DNA of 64,000 nucleotides from a candidate division WOR-3 bacterium. GTDB lineage: Bacteria; Hydrothermota; Hydrothermia; LBFQ01. This document shows, in pieces, positions 29,384 to 38,140 of the stretch. The DNA lies in contig JBDRWW010000007.1 of the NCBI GenBank assembly GCA_039802605.1, positions 1,891 to 65,890 on the forward strand, read 5' to 3'. The position numbers were made by a program, and so were the translations under genes. A model generated the notes under the pieces. It searched no databases. It worked only from the letters and a program-made list of their open reading frames with translations, and had not been told where the DNA came from. The stretch's first letter is position 1. Every line of letters starts with the position of its first letter.

Positions 29384-30739
29384 TTTATCGCACTCGTACA
29401 AGGAAAACTTTTTAGGGCTTTTGGGATGTATTTTTTTACAGTTTGGGGGGATGTACTTGCACCCTTCAATATCCACAAGGTTGTATTTTTGCCAACCAAA
29501 AACAAATGTCCATTTTAAATACCTCTGGGCTATTGCCACCGTCTCCCAATCTGAAAAGAGTTTGTCGGGGCAAATGCCGACTTTAAGGTGTATCTTTTCT
29601 ACTGGGGGGTTTATAACGAGATCGGTATAAAATGGGTTTTTGGATCTGACCTTTCCCATGGAATTGTATGCCAAGAGTAGGTTGATTAGCGTTAAAGTTA
29701 GTATTAAGGCGAATTTATAACGGGATTTTATTTTATCGAATGATTTTTCAAGTCCGTCAAGAGCCAATAATTCGGAGAAAGCCAAGGCAAAAAAGGGCAA
29801 AGAGGGGACTATATAAAAGGGCATCTGTTTTATACTAACCAAAAAGGGAAGTGAGGAGGATAAAGCCAAAACGGTATATAACCAAAAATTGCGGCTTAAA
29901 ACCACATTATTTAACTTGTATAGCCGTAAAATTAAAAGGGCGAGTATGGGGATAAGTTCTCGTGTTAATCTAAGGATAATATACCACCTTTCCGGTGCCC
30001 TTTCCCTATTACCCACAACCCCTGCAATTATCTGCTCTTTAAAGTAGTATTCAAGCAAAACCCTAAAATCTTTAAACATCAACAGGCCTAGAAACGGAAT
30101 TAAAAAACCAAGGATTAAAAGGGTATAAACCTTAAACACCCTTTCAAACCTTTTATCATAAATGAAACCGTATAGGAATGGATAAACCAAAACAAATAGC
30201 CCCACAGGACCTTTCGTCATAAAGGAACAGAATATAAAAAATCCGCCAAAGATTGCCCATACGCTCCTCCCTTTAAATGACAGGGTTAAGAATATTAGGG
30301 CAAGGGATGTCCAAAACTGGATAAAAACTTCCAAAATATTGTTTGAGATTGCCCAAGGGAATATAGGCATTGCAACCAATAAAATGATCCACGACCATTT
30401 AACTTTACCGTTTAACAAATACACCCAAACCGCTAATAATACCAAAGACATAATGCCGAACGATATGCTTATATACCTTTCCAAGAGGGGTATATCCCCG
30501 AAAATCTTAAAAAACAACGCCTCTATCCAAAACGCCAAAGGTAAATGCCCATAAGACGGGTTTCCAAAAGATAGGGTGTATGCCGGTTTGAAAGGTGTTC
30601 CCACACCTTCCGCCATGTTTCTTGATATACTCGCATAAGTTAAACCGTCAAGAAAAATACCATAGGAAAAAACCCTAAAAGATACCGGTAATAGCAGAAT
30701 AAGGAAGGCAAATAAAAAGTTCTCTAACCCTTTACGCAA
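29375..30739 (-). CDS. glycosyltransferase family 39 (ArnT/PMT-like) membrane protein
   Basis: Polytopic, 454 aa. N-terminal YGIFLDGLTYASISRNMAEG…FGNPSYGHLPLAFW resembles the GT39 first periplasmic loop. Confidence 0.6.
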   Translation of the reverse strand: MRKGLENFLFAFLILLLPVSFRVFSYGIFLDGLTYASISRNMAEGVGTPFKPAYTLSFGNPSYGHLPLAFWIEALFFKIFGDIPLLERYISISFGIMSLVLLAVWVYLLNGKVKWSWIILLVAMPIFPWAISNNILEVFIQFWTSLALIFLTLSFKGRSVWAIFGGFFIFCSFMTKGPVGLFVLVYPFLYGFIYDKRFERVFKVYTLLILGFLIPFLGLLMFKDFRVLLEYYFKEQIIAGVVGNRERAPERWYIILRLTRELIPILALLILRLYKLNNVVLSRNFWLYTVLALSSSLPFLVSIKQMPFYIVPSLPFFALAFSELLALDGLEKSFDKIKSRYKFALILTLTLINLLLAYNSMGKVRSKNPFYTDLVINPPVEKIHLKVGICPDKLFSDWETVAIAQRYLKWTFVFGWQKYNLVDIEGCKYIPPNCKKIHPKSPKKFSLYECDKLP

Positions 30740-32364
30740 ATGGCCGTAAAGACCCCGTGAATCTCCACCGTACCTATTACCCGGTATCCTTCATATCCGC
30801 CGTTTCCTATGATGAAGGGCGTAATCTTGCTCTCGTTTTCCGCAAGTAATACGCATATACCCTCGTTGTCATCCCTAAAAACCTTTAAATTCTCTTTATC
30901 TTCCATTTCTAAAAACCTTTCAACGGAGGAGTATGCGAAGGATATGATTTTTGAGAGCCTTTTTTCATCGGTTGCGACCCTGAAAGTGTCTTCAAGCGAA
31001 TAGTACACCCTCCTTATAATTTTTCTGGGAACACCTTCCAAAATATCGTATAACCTGTTTAACTTTGAAACGGTTATTTTCCTCAACCCCTCATCAAAAT
31101 CCCTAAACTTTGGAATGAATTGCGATAAAATGCTTTTAATTTCCTGATATACTTCCTCTTGACTTTCAAACCTAAGAATCCCGGTTGAAGTTTGAAATAC
31201 CAGAATTTTTATGTCTTTATCCTTTTCCCTTTTGGTGTTAAACTTGGGGGATTGAAAGGAAAACCCCCTCTTGGAAAACTCCTTTGCCAAATCCTCTACA
31301 AAATTTTCAAATTCTCCCGCAACGATAACCCTAAATATCGGCCTTTCCGGATCCGTTTCTTCGGGAAATATTAATAACTGCGTTATACCCGTGTTTATAT
31401 ACTCCTCTATAAGCCTTGGAACCATCACCCTGCCTATGATTTCCAATCCGAATTTTATATCCACATACCTTTTGGTTTTCGGTTTCTTTAAAGTCTCTTC
31501 TATGGTTTTGGCAATTTGGGCCAATTTTCCCTGAGGTACCTCTAAGGTTTCAACCCTAACCACGGATATACCCTCTGGATAAATGAATTCCTTCTCATAA
31601 ACCTTTTCTAAGCCTTCTTCTCCGAGAATACTTAAAACGCTATCCAAAGATACATATTTATCAAGGCCCACAACCGTAATGCCGGACATATTTATGCCCT
31701 TTTTTGTGGTAAAGTTGTGGAAGAAAACCCTAACAATGGAAGGGTTATCCTTTACCTCCCTATAGAACCTATTCTGCCAAAAAACTATTTCCGCCAATGT
31801 TTTGGAATCCCTTTCCTCCAAATACGCCTCGGTTCTTGACTTAACAAATTTTATGACCTCACCATCATCGCCTAAGAAAAATCTCTGTTCTTCCGTCGGA
31901 GCCATTTTTAGGATTTCGTCAATTATCTCCTTGTATTTTCTAATCTTCACACCGCTTATGGATATAAGGGATTTTAACCCTATTCCACCCTTGGCGGCCG
32001 TTCTCAACAATTCTATCATATCTTGCCTATCCTTCAAAATTTCCGAATCCCCTTTAATGTTTGCTATTGACAACACTATAAGGGCATAGGGTGTGGGGTT
32101 TAATACGGTTGCAAATATTTTGTTGATATTGTATCCCTTGTCGTGTACAACCCCAGAAACCGCATCCAAAAGTCCCGCCCAATCCTTGGCAACAACCACA
32201 AAATACACCTCATAACCCGATAAAAATATATCCGCCTGTGGTTCCCCGGTCCTTTCCAATTTGTTTAATAAAACCTTTGTGGCCTCCTTTAAGGGTTCGG
32301 TTAAATCAAACCAATTACTTTTAACTACATTCCCCCACTTATCCCTTTCCTTAACACCCTTCAC
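30724..32364 (-). CDS. hypothetical protein with multiple ACT-like regulatory domains
   Basis: 546 aa. Repeated beta-alpha-beta-beta-alpha-beta-like segments (YEVYFVVVAKDWAGLLDAVSGVVHDKGYNINKIFAT; KILVFQTSTGILRFES…) recall ACT domains. No catalytic motif recognised. Confidence 0.3.
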   Translation of the reverse strand: MKGVKERDKWGNVVKSNWFDLTEPLKEATKVLLNKLERTGEPQADIFLSGYEVYFVVVAKDWAGLLDAVSGVVHDKGYNINKIFATVLNPTPYALIVLSIANIKGDSEILKDRQDMIELLRTAAKGGIGLKSLISISGVKIRKYKEIIDEILKMAPTEEQRFFLGDDGEVIKFVKSRTEAYLEERDSKTLAEIVFWQNRFYREVKDNPSIVRVFFHNFTTKKGINMSGITVVGLDKYVSLDSVLSILGEEGLEKVYEKEFIYPEGISVVRVETLEVPQGKLAQIAKTIEETLKKPKTKRYVDIKFGLEIIGRVMVPRLIEEYINTGITQLLIFPEETDPERPIFRVIVAGEFENFVEDLAKEFSKRGFSFQSPKFNTKREKDKDIKILVFQTSTGILRFESQEEVYQEIKSILSQFIPKFRDFDEGLRKITVSKLNRLYDILEGVPRKIIRRVYYSLEDTFRVATDEKRLSKIISFAYSSVERFLEMEDKENLKVFRDDNEGICVLLAENESKITPFIIGNGGYEGYRVIGTVEIHGVFTAICVKG

Positions 32365-32407
32365 AATGCTGAAATTATATACCGGTTTTGTTTATTATTT
32401 TCGCATT

Positions 32408-33016
32408 TTACCATTTATCCGTTGCAAAGCCCACCATAATCTGGCCGAATAAACCCTTAGAATCCACATTGGGTGCGCCATAAACCTCCCCAAAATCCGT
32501 GTTCCAATTACCTTTAAAAATTGGGAAGGTATAACCGAATCCCAAACCCAAGTTAAACCCGAAATCAAAATGCCCTCTAAGGGCAACGATCCCTATATAT
32601 TGGGAGTGATTGATATATATTGATTTTTGGGGGTTTTCAAGTAAATCGTTGAAGTTGGCATTTTCAATAACTCCCCCCTTTACCTCAAACCTCGAATAAC
32701 CAACACCGAGGGAAGGATAAACTATAAACCTCCTCTCCCTAAGATTGTTGTGATATAATACATACCCCACATCGCCCGAAAAAGCCATATTGTTAAAATA
32801 TACCCTTTTGTTTTCCGAAACCCCCTCAACGCTAAGAAATCTAAACCAATTACCGACGAATAAAAAATTATCCCATAAAATATACCCACTTAATCCCAAT
32901 ATAACCCTGTTAAATTCCCCAACCTCATAACCCCGGGATGTAAAAGCGTTTATAACCGGATTAAAATCCACCTGATACCAACCGGCGGTTAAAAAAAGTC
33001 CGAAGTTCATTTTCAA
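32408..33016 (-). CDS. small Gly/aromatic-rich outer-membrane beta-barrel-like protein (paralog family)
   Basis: Alternating aromatic/Gly beta-strand pattern with a C-terminal aromatic (…GFATDKW). Overlaps the recJ stop, so co-transcribed. Confidence 0.35.
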   Translation of the reverse strand: MKMNFGLFLTAGWYQVDFNPVINAFTSRGYEVGEFNRVILGLSGYILWDNFLFVGNWFRFLSVEGVSENKRVYFNNMAFSGDVGYVLYHNNLRERRFIVYPSLGVGYSRFEVKGGVIENANFNDLLENPQKSIYINHSQYIGIVALRGHFDFGFNLGLGFGYTFPIFKGNWNTDFGEVYGAPNVDSKGLFGQIMVGFATDKW

Positions 33017-34611
33017 ATTTCACCCAAAACATCACCGTATATGGTCCCATCCCTCCCCCTCCTCAGATTGGTAATAACCAAATCCCCCTTGCCCCTAACC
33101 TTTCCCTTAACATTAAATTCGCATATCCCCTTGTCCCCCAATACCAAAACCCTGCTATTATCCGAACTTATAAGGGTTTTCTTTGTACTTTTTAGTAGAA
33201 GAATGGGTTCTGGAAAGCCGGGTCCATAAGGTTCGAGTTCGTACTTATCCCTCCAAAAATCGTCGCCAATTAAATCTTCGTAAAACACCTCCGCATCTAT
33301 TTTTATAATTTTCTTAAAACCCCCAGGTGCAACCTTTAAGGCATAATCGTTTAAATGCTTTCTCAATTTTTCAAGTAAGTGTGTTTTTATCGTAAAACCC
33401 CCCGCCAAGGCATGACCCCCGTAATTCTCAAATATTTCACCGATTGTGTTTAAACTTTCAAAGACATTAAAGGGTTCTATTCCCCTAGCAGACCCCTTTG
33501 AAGTTTCCCCCTTAATGCTGATAACAAAGGCTGGCTTGTTAAAGGTTTCCGATAGCTTCGAAGCCACTATCCCTATTACACCTTCGTGTAATCCTTCGGC
33601 ATACGCAAATACAACGGGTTCATCCGGGTTTATTTCTCTAACTAAGATTTCATATATGCGATTTTGGAGTTTTTGCCTTTCCCTGTTCAAGCTCTCTATC
33701 TCCTCCGCGAAAACCTTAACATCTTTCCCCCTAGTTTTCGTCAGCAATTCGAAGGATTTCATAGCGGTTTTTAACCTACCGGCGGCGTTAAGCCTCGGGG
33801 CTATTACAAAGGATATATGCCAAGTCTTTATAGGGGGTGATATTCCCGCCCCTTTATATATAGCCTTAAAACCCGCCTTTGCCGTTCCGTTGGATAAAAC
33901 ATTTAATCCGTGTTTAACCAAAAGTCTGTTTTCACCCAACAAAACCCCCAAGTCCGCTATGGTGCCCACCGCCACCAAATCCATAAGGTTGTAAAGTTTG
34001 GCTTTCCAGTTTTGCAAGTCCATATGTTGGTACAAGGCGTGCGCCAACTTGAAGGCTACCCCCACGCCCGTTAAACCCCCATTTGGATACCCTTCCGGAT
34101 GGACTATTATCGTTCTCGGCACTTTGGGTGGTTTTAAATGGTGATCCGTAATTATTACATCTATTCCCTTTGATTTTGCCTCCTCAACCTCGTTATAAGA
34201 AGAAATACCACAATCCACCGTAATAATTAAACTTACACCTTCCTCCTTGGCCTTTTTTATAGCATTTAATGAAAATCCATAACCTTCCGAAAACCTATTT
34301 GGTATATACGGTATAACCTTAACGCCGAGATCCCTTAAAACCCTAAAAAGTAAAGCCAAAGATGTTATACCATCCGCATCGTAATCCCCATGTATTAAAA
34401 TCCTCTCATCCCTTTTTATCGCAAACGAAATCCTATCAACCGCCTCGTACATCCCATCCATTAAAAACGGGTCATATGTTTTTACCAGTGTTAAATCTTC
34501 AAACTTTACCCCCCTATTGGCCAAGATTTTTCTAAAAATTGAACCAATTGGGGCTTCCACCTCCTCATCAAGGGGCAACACAAACTCCACCATAATATGG
34601 ATATTATACAT
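33013..34611 (-). CDS. recJ: single-stranded-DNA-specific exonuclease RecJ
   Basis: DHH motifs ILIHGDYDADGITS and VIITDHH; DHHA1 region GGHALAGG; 532 aa. Confidence 0.9.
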   Translation of the reverse strand: MYNIHIMVEFVLPLDEEVEAPIGSIFRKILANRGVKFEDLTLVKTYDPFLMDGMYEAVDRISFAIKRDERILIHGDYDADGITSLALLFRVLRDLGVKVIPYIPNRFSEGYGFSLNAIKKAKEEGVSLIITVDCGISSYNEVEEAKSKGIDVIITDHHLKPPKVPRTIIVHPEGYPNGGLTGVGVAFKLAHALYQHMDLQNWKAKLYNLMDLVAVGTIADLGVLLGENRLLVKHGLNVLSNGTAKAGFKAIYKGAGISPPIKTWHISFVIAPRLNAAGRLKTAMKSFELLTKTRGKDVKVFAEEIESLNRERQKLQNRIYEILVREINPDEPVVFAYAEGLHEGVIGIVASKLSETFNKPAFVISIKGETSKGSARGIEPFNVFESLNTIGEIFENYGGHALAGGFTIKTHLLEKLRKHLNDYALKVAPGGFKKIIKIDAEVFYEDLIGDDFWRDKYELEPYGPGFPEPILLLKSTKKTLISSDNSRVLVLGDKGICEFNVKGKVRGKGDLVITNLRRGRDGTIYGDVLGEI

Positions 34612-35364
34612 CCGTATAATTCCCGGACTATGCTGTACATATATCCCTTTATGACCTTTGGTTCTGTTGCACTAAACCATTATAACCTTTGGGCGGATAG
34701 GGCGCGGGCCGATGGCTCTCCAATAAAAAACCAGAATTCCGCCTTCGGGATGGGTATAGGGCTTGGTTATAGGGTTCAATACCTTGAATTGGGCATAGGT
34801 TTTTCCACGCTCTACACATCCGCAACATCGAATTGGAGGGAAGGAAGTTCAAACGCATATACGGATTACACATTAAGGCATAGCCTTTTAAGCTTTCTTA
34901 TATACCTTCCCATCGGCCTCAACTACCCATTAACCGAGCAGTTTTCCGTATATTTTGGTGTTAAACCGATAATGGGTTTTTCCAATTTGTCCTGGTATGA
35001 TTCCGCTTATGTGTATTTGCTGGGTCTTTCCTCCTACGGTGTCCGGGATGCCTCTTTGGGTAAGTCTTCTTTCGGCTTGGGTTTTGATTTCGGCGGGGAT
35101 TTCGGTTTTTCAAGGTCATTAGCCCTATATGTCAGGTTCGGTTATGATGTTATAAACTTTAAGGGTTATGAGGGTGAATATGAGGAAAGGTTATCCGATG
35201 GTACAAGAACCAAAAAATTGGCTTACTTAGTTTTTGATACCGATAACAACACCTTGTCCGTAAAGGACAGGCCTTATGACCCGTCAAAGGGTGAAATACC
35301 CGGTGAAGAAAACCTAAGCGGTTTTAGGTTTTCGTTGGGTATAAAGGTGGGTATTGGTAGATGA
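34597..35364 (+). CDS. Gly/aromatic-rich outer-membrane beta-barrel-like protein (start uncertain)
   Basis: Beta-barrel-like alternating pattern (GMGIGLGYRVQY, GLGFDFGGDFGF). The N-terminus overlaps the divergent recJ start, so the true start is probably an internal Met. Confidence 0.3.
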   Translation: MDIIHPYNSRTMLYIYPFMTFGSVALNHYNLWADRARADGSPIKNQNSAFGMGIGLGYRVQYLELGIGFSTLYTSATSNWREGSSNAYTDYTLRHSLLSFLIYLPIGLNYPLTEQFSVYFGVKPIMGFSNLSWYDSAYVYLLGLSSYGVRDASLGKSSFGLGFDFGGDFGFSRSLALYVRFGYDVINFKGYEGEYEERLSDGTRTKKLAYLVFDTDNNTLSVKDRPYDPSKGEIPGEENLSGFRFSLGIKVGIGR

Positions 35365-36617
35365 GGGTTTTGGTTGTGGGTAAGGGGGGAAGGGAGAGTG
35401 CCATAGTTTGGAAGTTGTTTCAATCCCCTATCAAAAAGGAGATTTACACGGCCCCCGGAAATCCCTTCACTTTGAGGTTTGGAAAGAATGTGAAAATTGA
35501 AGAAGAAAATGTTGAATCTCTGGTCAAGTTTGCAAAGGATGAAAAAATAGACATCGTTTTTCCGGGAGGGGAAACCGGTATAGCCTTGGGTATAGCGGAC
35601 GAATGCGAGAAGAACGGCATAAAGGTTGTGGCACCCAAGAAACATGTCGCAAAACTTGAAAGTAGTAAGGTTTGGGCAAAGGATTTTATGAGAAGATACG
35701 GTATTCCCACGGCCGATTTTGAGTATTTCCATAAGGATGAGGTTGAGGAAGCGTTTAGGTTTTGTGAGAATGTCGAATATCCTGTGGTTATAAAGGCCGA
35801 TGGGCTTGCCGGAGGTAAGGGTACATTTATAGCCAAAAACTTTAAGGAGGCTTTGAAAATAGTTGAAGATTTACTGGTTAAATCAAAATTCGGTAGGGCA
35901 TCCGAAAGTATAGTCATAGAAAGGTTTTTAAGGGGGGAAGAGGTTTCCGTGTTTGTAATATCGGACGGGAAAGAATGGGATGTTTTTGCCTATGCGAGGG
36001 ATTTTAAGAGGTTGTACGATAACGATGAGGGTCCAAACACCGGGGGAATGGGATCCATAGCGCCCGTTAAATTGGATAATGAAACGGAAAGTTTAATAAG
36101 GGAAAACATCATACAAAGAACCTTTGAGGGTTTGAACAAAGAGGGTTTGAGGTATAGGGGAATATTGTATTTTGGACTTATGATAACCGATAACGGCCCA
36201 TTTGTTTTGGAGTACAATGTAAGGTTTGGGGATCCGGAAACGCAGGCCATATTACCCCTGATAGAGGGAGATCTCCTTGAGGCCTTGCTACTAGTTGCCG
36301 ATGGGAACTACAAGAAATCCACATTAAGGGTTAAGGAAAACCTATATTCCTGTTGTGTTGTTTTGGCATCCAGGGGTTATCCGGAAAATCCGGAGAAGGG
36401 GAAAGAAATTAAAGGGGTTTCCGACGCGGAAAGGATTTCCCTTGTATTCTTTGCGGGTGTTGAGGAAAAAGATGGTAGGTTATACACATCCGGTGGTAGG
36501 GTTCTATCGGTGGTGGGTTTGGGTGAGAGTAAGGAAGAGGCCAGGTCTAGGGCGTATGAAGGGGTTTCAAAAATACACTTTGAAGGTATGCATTATAGAA
36601 GGGACATAAATTGGTAA
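35361..36617 (+). CDS. purD: phosphoribosylamine--glycine ligase
   Basis: MRVLVVGKGGRESAIVWKL; ATP-grasp core; 418 aa. Confidence 0.95.
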   Translation: MRVLVVGKGGRESAIVWKLFQSPIKKEIYTAPGNPFTLRFGKNVKIEEENVESLVKFAKDEKIDIVFPGGETGIALGIADECEKNGIKVVAPKKHVAKLESSKVWAKDFMRRYGIPTADFEYFHKDEVEEAFRFCENVEYPVVIKADGLAGGKGTFIAKNFKEALKIVEDLLVKSKFGRASESIVIERFLRGEEVSVFVISDGKEWDVFAYARDFKRLYDNDEGPNTGGMGSIAPVKLDNETESLIRENIIQRTFEGLNKEGLRYRGILYFGLMITDNGPFVLEYNVRFGDPETQAILPLIEGDLLEALLLVADGNYKKSTLRVKENLYSCCVVLASRGYPENPEKGKEIKGVSDAERISLVFFAGVEEKDGRLYTSGGRVLSVVGLGESKEEARSRAYEGVSKIHFEGMHYRRDINW

Positions 36618-36970
36618 ACAAATTTTGGGGCCTGTTTTTGGTTTTTATAATCCTTCTCGTTGTAAGGTTTGTACCGGAGCAATCCGTTGTTTGTTTTTAC
36701 AGAGAATTAACGAATATTCCGGATGGTGGTTGTGGAACATTGAGGTCTTTAAAAAGCCTTGCGGTCCTTGACATCCTTTCATCCTTTAACTATAACCCCT
36801 TGGTCCCCTTTATACTCCTGTTTATCGCCGCTTTTCCATTTATTAGCGAGAAAATGAGGATGCCGTTTATAACCTTTATACTTTTGTCATTTTTTATCCT
36901 TACCGTTTTAAGGTTTTACCTACACATCAAAGGTATCCGCATACCGGTAATATACCCCCCTAATCTATGA
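36611..36970 (+). CDS. hypothetical small membrane protein
   Basis: 119 aa with 3 hydrophobic helices. Overlaps the purD stop. Confidence 0.3.
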   Translation: MVNKFWGLFLVFIILLVVRFVPEQSVVCFYRELTNIPDGGCGTLRSLKSLAVLDILSSFNYNPLVPFILLFIAAFPFISEKMRMPFITFILLSFFILTVLRFYLHIKGIRIPVIYPPNL

Positions 36971-37601
36971 GTATTCCCAAACCCAAACCCAGGTCAAATA
37001 TTATTCCTCCAAGGGCGGTTGATGGCCCTCTTACCCTTCCAACCCCCTTTATTTCCCAAGGGAATTTGTAAATTGGTAGAATATATCCAACCCCTCCGGA
37101 TAAAAATAAAACCCATTTTTTCTTTGTAAATACCCGTAAGTAAGGTGCCAAAACAAGGGATTCCCTGTTTAGATCCATAATACTTCCCGGATTACTCAAA
37201 AGCGAATCAAAATCCACAACATTTTTACCCACGATTAAATCCACTTGCGACTTGCCTATACCTATTTGTGGTAGAAATTTTATATCCTTAAAGTCAAAGT
37301 ATTTTCCAAATGAAAGGTACCAGCAACTGCCTCCAAAACCCACAAGGTTTGAGGAATTGTAATAGTTCCTATGCCATAGGTTTAAATTCCGCTTGGATAC
37401 AAAATACCTTTTTGCAAAAATCCCCAACTCTCCGGATGTGAATATGTTAAACGGCGAAACGCTTGGATAACCAGAGTTTTGAAGGTGTTTGTTGAGATCA
37501 TTAACATTAACCGTACTTCCACCCAATGACATAAAATAAGCCACACCCCAACCACCAAAAACCGAGAAGAATTTCCCTACTAATTGGGATATACCGAACA
37601 T
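36960..37601 (-). CDS. Gly/aromatic-rich outer-membrane beta-barrel-like protein (paralog family)
   Basis: Similar composition and length to 32408..33016. Gly-rich start (…GGIIFDLGLGLGILID at the C-terminus, hydrophobic leader at the N-terminus). Confidence 0.3.
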   Translation of the reverse strand: MFGISQLVGKFFSVFGGWGVAYFMSLGGSTVNVNDLNKHLQNSGYPSVSPFNIFTSGELGIFAKRYFVSKRNLNLWHRNYYNSSNLVGFGGSCWYLSFGKYFDFKDIKFLPQIGIGKSQVDLIVGKNVVDFDSLLSNPGSIMDLNRESLVLAPYLRVFTKKKWVLFLSGGVGYILPIYKFPWEIKGVGRVRGPSTALGGIIFDLGLGLGILID

Positions 37602-37607
37602 TTCACA

Positions 37608-38096
37608 TTAATCTCCCCTTTTGCCCATTTCCACATCAAGCAAGAGTATCGCCGATGGGCTATTTCCCGCCAATTCCAACCTACCCACGACTTCGGATGT
37701 TATTTTCTCCTCTTCAACCTGTTCTTTTGCAAACCATTGAAGCATTTCAAAGGCCGCGTGATCGTTATATTCCCTTGCCAATTGTATGATTTCGTATATT
37801 AGGGAAGTTATCTTCCTCTCGTGTTCGTAGGCATCTTTGAAGGCTTTCAAAGGGCTTTCCCATTCATTAGGAGGCGCAGGGATTTCTCCCAATTCAACCT
37901 TTTCGTTTCTGTCAAGCAAGTGGTCAAAAAACTTCATAGCATGCTCAATCTCTTCTCTTGCCTGTATCCTTAACCACTTTGAAAATCCCGTAAGGTTTAA
38001 ATTCTCAAAGTATGCACTCATAGAGAGGTACAGGTATGCCGAATAGAACTCATTCACTATTTGTTCGTTAAACTTTTTTCGCAGCTCCTCTTTCAT
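37608..38096 (-). CDS. ferritin (non-haem, Ftn-like)
   Basis: Four-helix-bundle ferroxidase residues: EQIVNEFYSAYLYLSMSAYF…QAREEIEHAMKFFDHL…FEMLQWFAKEQVEEE. Start moved to the internal Met (MKEELRKKFNEQ), giving ~163 aa. Confidence 0.75.
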   Translation of the reverse strand: MKEELRKKFNEQIVNEFYSAYLYLSMSAYFENLNLTGFSKWLRIQAREEIEHAMKFFDHLLDRNEKVELGEIPAPPNEWESPLKAFKDAYEHERKITSLIYEIIQLAREYNDHAAFEMLQWFAKEQVEEEKITSEVVGRLELAGNSPSAILLLDVEMGKRGD

Positions 38097-38140
38097 ACTT
38101 AGGTATTCTAAGGTTGTTTCAACTTTAAAATTTTCGGTGG

